Source: an archaeon
GTDB lineage: Archaea > Iainarchaeota > Iainarchaeia > Iainarchaeales > CSSED10-239
Reading direction: 5' to 3'
Length of the DNA stretch: 23,514 nt
NCBI GenBank assembly: GCA_041677685.1
Contig: JBAYPN010000012.1
Coordinates: 1-23,514, forward strand
Shown here: positions 1 to 7,267 of the stretch, piece by piece
Layout: each line of letters opens with the position of its first letter
Position numbering within the stretch: position 1 is the first letter of the stretch
Position numbers and translations under genes: made by a program
Notes under the pieces: generated by a model
What the model was told of the DNA's origin: nothing
Databases searched by the model: none
The model's input: the letters and a program-made list of their open reading frames with translations, nothing else

Positions 1-2331
1 AGTATTAATATCAAACATTATTTTCTTGTATACAAGATAATTTGCTAACTTTGTAACAGTTTGGAAAGTTGTAGTTACAGGTAAATAAATATTATTAAAA
101 TTGGAACTGTTTCCAGAACTTTCTAAAGTATATTTTTTATTTATATTAAATCCTTTATTTGGAGAATTATATTTATATCCAATTGCAAACATTGCATCAA
201 TTGCATCTTTATGATCATAGGTTTTAAAAGCTTCCCTTGGAAAATCATTTGTTGTACCAATTACTTTATCTCTGTAAGCCTTATAGACTGCTGCTCCAAA
301 TTGTAAAGAATAGGTTTGATCTTTATCAGCTTCTTTATTATTTTTTATATTGTCACAGAGAGTATCATAATCTGTTTGATTAGATACAATACTATTTGGA
401 AAATAGTCTTTTAATTGATTATAACCGTTTATCTTTCCATTACCAGAACACCAAACATCATAATTTATTTGAGCCATACCATATGATGATTCAGTGCCTT
501 TTGAAATAGTACTCTTTCCAAAGGAAGATTCTTGAGTTACAATTGCCCAAAATTGTGCCATCTCTTCATCTGAAAAACCAAAGTCTTTTCCAACTTCAAA
601 AAGTTTAGGATAATTTAAATTTGGAGTATCTGTGCAAAATTCTGCATATTTTTTTGAAATTAGATCCCATAAAATTTCACGATAAGAATTGTCATCATAT
701 TCATTTCCATAACCATTTGTGGCTTTATGTTTCTCATCTAAATCAAAAATATCTAATTGATCAATTAAAAATTGTAAGTAATTAACACTAATATACACTT
801 TAAGTGGATTATTTATAGTAATTTGATCAGAAAAATCAGGATCTAAATTAATAGCAGTAATACCTTCAGAAGCAGTATCTTCTGGAATTATTTCAACATC
901 TTTAAGATCAATTGTTTGTTCAGCTCTAACAACATCTTTTTCATAGAATAACCAATTTGGTAAACAATCTTCACAAAAGAAATTAAGTATTTTTTTATTT
1001 GAAAGATAGATTAATAGTTTATTATAATTGTTCTTTTCAACAGGAACTAGGTAATAATAATCAAGTTCATAATTTGGATCTTGTAAGAAATTATCTTCAG
1101 TTAATATTTGGTAGGTTACTTGGCTGTTGTTATTTATTTTTAATCCTGAAAAGTCAGTAACAGTTGGACTTCCACCTTTATTATAATCTGCAATTGTAAC
1201 TAAATAGATTTTATCTTTTAAACTACCTGTAAATGAAATTACATTGCCATCTTGAATGTTTTCAACAGAAGTTAAATTATCTCCAATATTAAAATTGAAA
1301 ACATGTTTAGAACTAGCATTATTAAGTTTATTATAAATTGAATTTTTTAGAAAAGATGAATTGTCCTTTAAAGAGGAGGTTACATAAATATCTTTAGAGG
1401 TCACATTATTTACTAAGAAAGAAATGTTAACATCTATTTTGTCACTTTCATTTTTGTTAATATAACAAATATGATCTACACAAACATAATCTTGTGAAGA
1501 TTTTCCTGCAATAAGAAGAGATTCTGGAGACATGGTTAAATCTGAGATAGAATTTGAAATAGTTAGATTTGCTGAAACATCAGCTATAACAGTAGGAGTT
1601 GTATCTACATTAGTTAAGACCTCTGCTTTACTTTCGGCTAAATCTAAGAAATAACTTGAGGTTTCTAAATTAGGTTCTAAAAAAATATATTTTTCAGTTC
1701 TAAACAGATCAAAAAAAAATATACTACCTCTAAAAAATTCAGAAGTTTTATATTTTGAATACATATTTTTCAATGCCCCTTTTAATTCAGGAGTAATACT
1801 TTGATCATACCTATTTCCCATCCAGTCAGCTTTAGAATCATCTAAATAACTAACACAATACATATAAAGATATCTAAAGTCTGAATTTGGAATCTTAATT
1901 TCTACTGGAAAAACCATATCTTTTGGAAAGATGTTTCTAGAATGATTTAAATTATCTGAATTTTCAAAAAAACTTTTAAAATCTAAATCAATACCTTTAA
2001 ATTTAAGATCATTTTGAATATCCTCAAGGCTATAAGATTTTTTTCTATCATGCAATAAAAGAGACATAAATTCATCTAGATTTGCTTTATCAAACTCTTC
2101 TTTTGAAAAGACACTTACACAAGTTATATCTTTAGCTTTAATTCCATCATTTCTTTCAATCATTACATCTAAATTTCCATCTTTATTTACAGAAACTTTG
2201 CTTATTTTTAATCCAAAATCATCAGTCTCTTGAGAAGAAATATTTCCAACCATAAACATTAATAAAAAGGAAAACACAACTCCTATTAAAATAATCTTAT
2301 TCAACTTAATTACATCTCTTTTCTTTTCCAT
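1..2331 (-). CDS. Partial (C-terminus off window) large membrane-anchored/secreted protein with a lytic transglycosylase (SLT, goose-lysozyme-like) domain
   Basis: Absent from the supplied ORF track because it runs off the window edge. Hand translation of the minus strand from the ATG at 2331 down to base 1 gives 777 sense codons and no stop; the frame ends exactly at base 1. The N-terminus MEKKRDVIKLNKIILIGVVFSFLLMFMVGN looks like a signal anchor/TM, and there are many N-x-S/T sequons. Residues ~588-727 (nt ~151-570) read AIVTQESSFGKSTISKGTESSYGMAQINYDVW...SLQFGAAVYKAY...AIGYKYNSPNKG. These fit the three SLT motifs (E-S, G-[LM]-x-Q, [AG]-Y-N), with the candidate catalytic Glu codon at nt 529-531. 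An SD-like TGGTG lies about 10 nt upstream of the ATG. Confidence 0.8.
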   Translation of the reverse strand, partial: MEKKRDVIKLNKIILIGVVFSFLLMFMVGNISSQETDDFGLKISKVSVNKDGNLDVMIERNDGIKAKDITCVSVFSKEEFDKANLDEFMSLLLHDRKKSYSLEDIQNDLKFKGIDLDFKSFFENSDNLNHSRNIFPKDMVFPVEIKIPNSDFRYLYMYCVSYLDDSKADWMGNRYDQSITPELKGALKNMYSKYKTSEFFRGSIFFFDLFRTEKYIFLEPNLETSSYFLDLAESKAEVLTNVDTTPTVIADVSANLTISNSISDLTMSPESLLIAGKSSQDYVCVDHICYINKNESDKIDVNISFLVNNVTSKDIYVTSSLKDNSSFLKNSIYNKLNNASSKHVFNFNIGDNLTSVENIQDGNVISFTGSLKDKIYLVTIADYNKGGSPTVTDFSGLKINNNSQVTYQILTEDNFLQDPNYELDYYYLVPVEKNNYNKLLIYLSNKKILNFFCEDCLPNWLFYEKDVVRAEQTIDLKDVEIIPEDTASEGITAINLDPDFSDQITINNPLKVYISVNYLQFLIDQLDIFDLDEKHKATNGYGNEYDDNSYREILWDLISKKYAEFCTDTPNLNYPKLFEVGKDFGFSDEEMAQFWAIVTQESSFGKSTISKGTESSYGMAQINYDVWCSGNGKINGYNQLKDYFPNSIVSNQTDYDTLCDNIKNNKEADKDQTYSLQFGAAVYKAYRDKVIGTTNDFPREAFKTYDHKDAIDAMFAIGYKYNSPNKGFNINKKYTLESSGNSSNFNNIYLPVTTTFQTVTKLANYLVYKKIMFDINT

Positions 2332-2605
2332 TCAAAAACACCAATAATATTTCCTTTATTTTTTAAAAATAACATTATTAACAGTTAATTAATTTATAAT
2401 TAATTAAATATATTATAAACAAATTATTTATATAGTATATGGTTAATTTAATAAATTTAACTTTTAAGAAAAACCTACAAACAATTAACTCCTTTAAGTA
2501 AATTATAAGCTTTTTTTTAAAAAACAGCACAATTTATAAGTATTTACAATATTAAATATATTATAATTAAATTAAAAAAATAAAACATTAATTGTGAAAC
2601 ATAAC

Positions 2606-4051
2606 ATGACTCTAAAAATATATAACACACTTACAAGAAAGAAAGAAAATTTTAAACCAGTTACTAAAAAGGAACTAAAAATTTATGTTTGTGGAGTTAC
2701 TGTTTATGATGATGTGCATATTGGACATGCTCTTTCGTATATCTACTATGATATCTTAATTAATTATTTTAAACATTTTCATAACTACGATATCTTCTAT
2801 GTTAGAAACATTACAGATGTTGGACACCTTACAGAAGATGATCTTGAAGAAGATAAGATTGAAAAGAGAGCAAAGGAAAGAAAGTATCATCACCCAATGG
2901 AACTTGTTCAAAAGTACACAAGAAACATGTGGGAGGCTTTTGACAAACTTAAACTTACAAGACCAAATGTTGAGCCATTAGCTTCTGCTCACATAATTGA
3001 AATGCAGTCCTGGATTAAGAAGATGTTAAATAATGGGTTTGCATATGAGGTTAATGGAAATGTTTATTATGATATTTCTAAATTTAAGGATTATGGGGTT
3101 TTTTCTAAAAAAAACATAGAAGAACTTGAAAAAAATACAAGGTTTACAAATGATCCTGATAAAAGACATGCTTCTGATTTTGCATTATGGATTAAAGCAA
3201 ATGACAACCACATACTTAAATGGGACTCTCCATGGTCTGTTGGTTACCCTGGATGGCATCTTGAATGTTCAACTATGGGTTGTAAATATTTAGGTGAAAA
3301 TTTTGATATTCATGGAGGAGGAATTGAGCATGTTTTTCCACACCATCAAAATGAGATTGCTCAAAATTTTGGATATTACCAACATAAGGTTGTAAACTAC
3401 TGGGTGCATACCTCTATGCTTATGGTGGAGGGAAAGAAGATGGGTAAGTCTCTAGGAAACTTTATAACCATTAAAGACTTTCTAAAAGACAACTCTGCTG
3501 AAAACCTAAGATATCTTGTAACCACTGGGCATTATAGAAAACCACAAAATTATACTAAAAAAGCAGTTGAGGATGCAGAAAACACAATTAAGAAACTAAA
3601 TGCATTTATTAAAAGATTACAAAATGTAGATAACACCTCTGAAAGTAAACTTGCAGAACCAATAATTGAAAACACAATCTTTAATTTTTCAAAAGCAATG
3701 GATGATGATCTAAACACTCCTATGGCTCTTTCAGAAATTCATTTTTTAGTAAAGGAAATTAATAAGTTGATTGAGAAAAATAGCATCACTACTCAACAAG
3801 CAAAAAGAATTTTAGAATTTTTAATCAAAGTTAATTTGGTATTTAAGTTTTTAAGCTTTAAAAGCCAAGAAGATGACTCTTGTAAAAAACCACAAATCCC
3901 AAGAGAAGAAATTCTTAATCTGATTGAGAAAAGAAAGAAGTTAAGAAAGGAAAAGAAATGGGAAGAAGCTGACCAAATTAGGGTTAAGCTCTCACAGAAA
4001 GGAATTGTGCTTTATGATAATAAAGATGAAACTACGTGGACACAGGAATAG
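2606..4051 (+). CDS. cysS: Cysteinyl-tRNA synthetase (class I)
   Basis: HIGH motif in VCGVTVYDDVHIGHALSY and KMSKS motif as KMGKSLGN. Zn/Cys-pocket motifs WHLECS and HGGGIEHVFPHHQNE are present. The track starts at GTG 2594, but ATG 2606 gives the canonical N-terminus MTLKIYNTLTRKKE. Confidence 0.9.
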   Translation: MTLKIYNTLTRKKENFKPVTKKELKIYVCGVTVYDDVHIGHALSYIYYDILINYFKHFHNYDIFYVRNITDVGHLTEDDLEEDKIEKRAKERKYHHPMELVQKYTRNMWEAFDKLKLTRPNVEPLASAHIIEMQSWIKKMLNNGFAYEVNGNVYYDISKFKDYGVFSKKNIEELEKNTRFTNDPDKRHASDFALWIKANDNHILKWDSPWSVGYPGWHLECSTMGCKYLGENFDIHGGGIEHVFPHHQNEIAQNFGYYQHKVVNYWVHTSMLMVEGKKMGKSLGNFITIKDFLKDNSAENLRYLVTTGHYRKPQNYTKKAVEDAENTIKKLNAFIKRLQNVDNTSESKLAEPIIENTIFNFSKAMDDDLNTPMALSEIHFLVKEINKLIEKNSITTQQAKRILEFLIKVNLVFKFLSFKSQEDDSCKKPQIPREEILNLIEKRKKLRKEKKWEEADQIRVKLSQKGIVLYDNKDETTWTQE

Positions 4052-4075
4052 TTTTTTCTTTTTTTTAAATTTTTA
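4052..4075 (+). terminator. Oligo-T tract (T6 C T8 ... T5) immediately after the cysS stop; archaeal-type intrinsic terminator candidate
   Basis: The sequence tttttt c tttttttt aaa ttttt directly follows the TAG at 4049-4051. Archaeal RNA polymerase terminates at oligo-T runs. Confidence 0.45.
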
Positions 4076-4084
4076 TGAAAATGC

Positions 4085-4417
4085 TTATTTTAAATCTCTA
4101 CAATCCTTACATCTTATGATTAAATCTAAATAGCTTTTTTTAGAATCTACCTTATGCTCTAGATAAGGTTTTATTACCTTTGATGAAAAGTTGATCTCTA
4201 AAAGAGGACTGTTATGGTTATAGCCTCTTTTTAACATCTCCTCAACTATTTCTTGATGTCTTTTGTAGATGCTTTTTGGTTCAATCAAGTCATTTTTTAT
4301 GTAGCCTTCAATTGATCTTTCTCTAAGAATAGTACCTACAAGCATATGAATCTCTACATGCTCTCCAAGTAAATGTTTTCTGCACATTTTGGAAACAGGA
4401 ACCATCCACATTCTCAT
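4085..4417 (-). CDS. Pyrimidine-dimer DNA glycosylase, T4 endonuclease V (DenV) / Pyr_excise family
   Basis: MRMWMVPVSKMCRKHLLGEHVEIHML aligns by eye with T4/PBCV-1 endoV N-termini (xxINLxxVxELxDQHLMAExRELxxx). YKRHQEIVEEMLKRGYNHN matches their RYDEIVxELxxRGYxIN block. The track start at 4426 is a GTG; ATG 4417 gives the family-typical MR..W N-terminus and has a weak SD-like GAGAGTG upstream. Confidence 0.65.
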   Translation of the reverse strand: MRMWMVPVSKMCRKHLLGEHVEIHMLVGTILRERSIEGYIKNDLIEPKSIYKRHQEIVEEMLKRGYNHNSPLLEINFSSKVIKPYLEHKVDSKKSYLDLIIRCKDCRDLK

Positions 4418-4474
4418 AAAAAACACTCTCTTTAAAATTGATTTTTTATTTTTAAAAATATTTGAAAATAAAAA

Positions 4475-4547
4475 CGCCTCGGGCAGGATTTGAACCTGCG
4501 ACCTATCGGTTAACAGCCGATTGCTCCAACCACTAAGCTACCAAGGC
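4475..4547 (-). tRNA. tRNA-Asn (anticodon GUU), 73 nt, no encoded CCA
   Basis: Minus-strand read: GCCTTGG TA GCTT..GAGC A ATCGG CTGTTAA CCGAT AGGTC GCAGG TTCAAAT CCTGC CCGAGGC G. This gives a full cloverleaf with a 7-bp acceptor stem (one G-U) and anticodon loop CU-GUU-AA. Confidence 0.9.
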
Positions 4548-4578
4548 AAAAAAGGAAAAAGCCAAAATACCTTTTGAC

Positions 4579-5886
4579 TTAAGGCTTATACCTAACCATT
4601 GTTCTTGGGAAAGGAATTGTGTCTTTGATTGTCTGTGCACCAACTATAAAAGATAGAAGTCTTTCAACACCCATTCCAAAGCCTGAATGAGGAACTGAAC
4701 CATACCTTCTTGTGTCTAAGTAAAATTTATATTGACTTGCATCTTCCCCTTGCTCTTTAAGTTTAGAAATTAATTTGTTTAGATCTGATTCTCTTTGACT
4801 TGCACCAATAATCTCCCCATAACCTTCAGGGGCTATACAGTCAAAGCCTAAGACTACATCTTTATTTTCTGGGTCTTCCTTCATGTAGAATGCCTTTACA
4901 ACTTTTGGGTATCTTGTAACAATTACAAAAGTTTCGTACAAACTTGAAAGCTTATCCTCTTCAATTGTTCTTAGATCTTTACCCCAAGAAATCTCAAAAT
5001 CAAACTTTTCTTTTAGAACTTTAAGAGCATCATCATAGGTCATTCTTACAAATGGTATCTTTAAAGAACTCTCTAATATCTTCGTATCTCTTTTTAGAAT
5101 TATTAGGTCTTCTTTATTCTTATCTAAAACTTCCTTTATTACAGACTTAATCAACTGCTCCCCATAATCCTGTAACTCTTCAAAAGTTATCCATGCACCT
5201 TCCATCTCAGCATGCCAATATTCTGTTAAGTGCCTTGTAGTTTTTGATTTTTCAGCTCTAAATGATGGAGAGATTGTATAGATTTTCCCTAAAGAAAAGA
5301 TTGCAGGTTCAGCATAAAGTTGCCAAGTCTGTGCTAGAAAGACTCCTGGTTTTTCAAAGTAGTCAACTTTAAAAAGACTAGACCCACCCTCACACTGCAC
5401 AGATTGTAAGATTGGAGAATGATATTCATAGAAGTCTTTTTTTCTAAAAAAGTCATGAATTGCCTTAAAGACAGTTGATCTTATCTTTAAAATTGAAGTC
5501 ATCTTTCTTGACCTTAGCCATAAATGTCTAACATCTAAAAGAAACTCTTCAGAGAAGTCTTTAGAAATTGGATAGTTTTCTGCAATCTGGACAATCTCTA
5601 GATCCACAACATCAACTTCATAACCTTGAGGGGATCTCTCTTCCTTTCTTAGTTTACCTGTAAGCTTAAAGGAAGACTCCATGGTTAGTTTTTTTGCATC
5701 TTCAAAAACTTTTTCAGAAACCTTTGAAGAGTCAACAACAGCCTGAACAATCCCACTCTCATCTCTTATTGTTATAAACACTAGATCTTTTTGAGCTCTT
5801 TGCCTGTAGACCCAACCCCTTAGACTTACTTGACCTTCCTTTTTATCTAAGGCCTCTTTTACTTTTATAAATTTTTTTAATTCCAT
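4579..5886 (-). CDS. asnS: Asparaginyl-tRNA synthetase (class IIb, archaeal type)
   Basis: N-terminal OB anticodon-binding domain (LRGWVYRQRAQKDLVFITIRDESGIVQ). Motif 2 region SPSFRAEKSKTTRHLTEYWHAEMEGAW and CEGGSSLFKVDYF...AQTWQLYAE resemble archaeal AsnRS rather than AspRS. Motif 3 is GFGMGVERLL, with a C-terminal IPFPR. Confidence 0.8.
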   Translation of the reverse strand: MELKKFIKVKEALDKKEGQVSLRGWVYRQRAQKDLVFITIRDESGIVQAVVDSSKVSEKVFEDAKKLTMESSFKLTGKLRKEERSPQGYEVDVVDLEIVQIAENYPISKDFSEEFLLDVRHLWLRSRKMTSILKIRSTVFKAIHDFFRKKDFYEYHSPILQSVQCEGGSSLFKVDYFEKPGVFLAQTWQLYAEPAIFSLGKIYTISPSFRAEKSKTTRHLTEYWHAEMEGAWITFEELQDYGEQLIKSVIKEVLDKNKEDLIILKRDTKILESSLKIPFVRMTYDDALKVLKEKFDFEISWGKDLRTIEEDKLSSLYETFVIVTRYPKVVKAFYMKEDPENKDVVLGFDCIAPEGYGEIIGASQRESDLNKLISKLKEQGEDASQYKFYLDTRRYGSVPHSGFGMGVERLLSFIVGAQTIKDTIPFPRTMVRYKP

Positions 5887-6151
5887 AGTTTTAATTTCAA
5901 CTCCATAAATTTTTATTTATTAATTATTCTTTTTTATCATTTATATAATAGTTATGATTATATTTAAAAAAAGAACCATAATTTAAAAAGCACAATTATT
6001 TCTACCCTCTCTTTAAGGGCAATTGAAAATTTTAATAGAAACTGTATATCTTGAAATTAAATAATATTTTTCAAGTTTTGTTTGGTATATCATAAGTATA
6101 CAACATGTATGGAAATATTTTTAAAGACAACTTATTATTCTTAAAAATACC

Positions 6152-7117
6152 TTAAACAAAGGAAAGATAGATAACATATGCATTAAAAAGTAAATAAATT
6201 AATAAAAATAAATAAGCTTGGCTTTTGTTTATAGAATAGTTCTGTAATAATAAATAGATTACCAAAATACTAATACCTAAAAGAGCAAAGATAATCTCAA
6301 TATTTGCAAAATCAATGTTTGCTTTTAAACCAAAAATAACTGCAAGAATTACAGGTATGCTTAAGCCTATAAAGATATTAAAAATATTAGAGCCAAAGAT
6401 ATTAGAAATTGCATCATCAAAGTCTCCTTTCTTAGCATTAACATAAGAAATGATTGTGTCTGGAAGAGAAGTTGCCATAGCCACAACTGTAAAACCAATT
6501 ACAATTGGGTTGATGTTTAGAAACACAGAGATGTCAATTGCCGAGGATGTTAAAAGGTAAGTTGCTACACCAATTGCCACCAAGGTAAGAACAAAAGTAA
6601 TAACCTCTTTTTTCATAGAAATTTTAATTCTTTTCTCAATAGTCTTTTTATGTTCTTTTGTGTGCTTAACAAGGTTTGAAACATACCACACATAGAATAA
6701 CAAGAAAACTAAAGCAATTCCAATTGTCCAAGATTTAAAGTAAAAGACAACCATTGACAAAACAAAGATTGAAATTAGATAGAAGATTGCCTCTCTAGAA
6801 ACTACCTTCTCACTTACCTTAAAGATTGCTGAAGAAGCTAGAACACAAATTGCAGGAATTACTAACAAGTTAAACAAAGAGGAACCAACTATAGTTCCTA
6901 AACCCAACTCAAATTGTTTAAAAAAAATTATAGAGTAAACTGCTACCAACAACTCAGGTAGAGAACTTGAAACTGCATCAAAGGTTGCTCCCTTTACAGA
7001 TTTTGGTAAACCTAAGTAATCTCCTAGGTTAGAGGAAGCACTTGCAAATCTTTTTCCTGCAAGAAATATTATGTAAGAACTTAAAATTAAAATTAAGATT
7101 GAAAAAATTATGTGCAT
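6152..7117 (-). CDS. Na+/Ca2+ exchanger family membrane protein (CaCA, YrbG/NCX_Mj-like)
   Basis: About 10 hydrophobic segments. Two alpha-repeat signatures are present: GATFDAVSSSLPELLV and VAMATSLPDTIISYVNAKKGDFDDAISNIFGSNIFNI. Confidence 0.8.
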   Translation of the reverse strand: MHIIFSILILILSSYIIFLAGKRFASASSNLGDYLGLPKSVKGATFDAVSSSLPELLVAVYSIIFFKQFELGLGTIVGSSLFNLLVIPAICVLASSAIFKVSEKVVSREAIFYLISIFVLSMVVFYFKSWTIGIALVFLLFYVWYVSNLVKHTKEHKKTIEKRIKISMKKEVITFVLTLVAIGVATYLLTSSAIDISVFLNINPIVIGFTVVAMATSLPDTIISYVNAKKGDFDDAISNIFGSNIFNIFIGLSIPVILAVIFGLKANIDFANIEIIFALLGISILVIYLLLQNYSINKSQAYLFLLIYLLFNAYVIYLSFV

Positions 7118-7227
7118 AAATAAAAGTAGCTAATAAAGTATTTAAGCATATCTTTTAAAAAAGAAAAAAACTATGAAAAAATTAAAAACAATTTTGGAAA
7201 AATTAATAAAATTAGAAAAATGGAATT

Positions 7228-7267
7228 TTTTAAAAAAGAGAAAAAGAAAAATCTAAAAATAAAAAAA
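7228..7267 (-). terminator. T-rich tract downstream of the ileS stop (minus-strand sense tttttttatttttagatttttctttttctctttttt)
   Basis: Several T5-T7 runs begin directly after the stop codon at 7268-7270, read on the minus strand. Confidence 0.4.

Noticed and set aside
1711-1719. A9 homopolymer (T9 in sense, Ile-Phe-Phe-Phe) inside the SLT-domain surface protein gene as a phase-variation slip site
   Set aside because: Homopolymer runs of this length are frequent throughout this AT-rich window, both coding and non-coding. There is no evidence of length heterogeneity from a single sequence.
2594-2605. GTG-initiated N-terminal extensions given by the ORF track (cysS 2594, thermosome 15821, DenV-like 4426)
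   Set aside because: In each case an in-frame ATG a few codons downstream gives the family-typical N-terminus. For the thermosome, the GTG is part of the GGTGAT Shine-Dalgarno-like element.
2799-2981. 60-aa plus-strand ORF inside cysS (alternate frame)
   Set aside because: It lies wholly within the well-supported cysS frame, has no recognisable motifs, and is the expected size for a chance ORF.
4579-5886. Alternative call as aspartyl-tRNA synthetase
   Set aside because: PSFRAEKSKTTRHLTEYWHAEME and CEGGSSLFKVDYF match my recollection of archaeal AsnRS rather than the AspRS FRAEEHNTTRHLNE pattern. The presence of GatDE (Gln only) and an adjacent tRNA-Asn fits AsnRS. A profile search should confirm.
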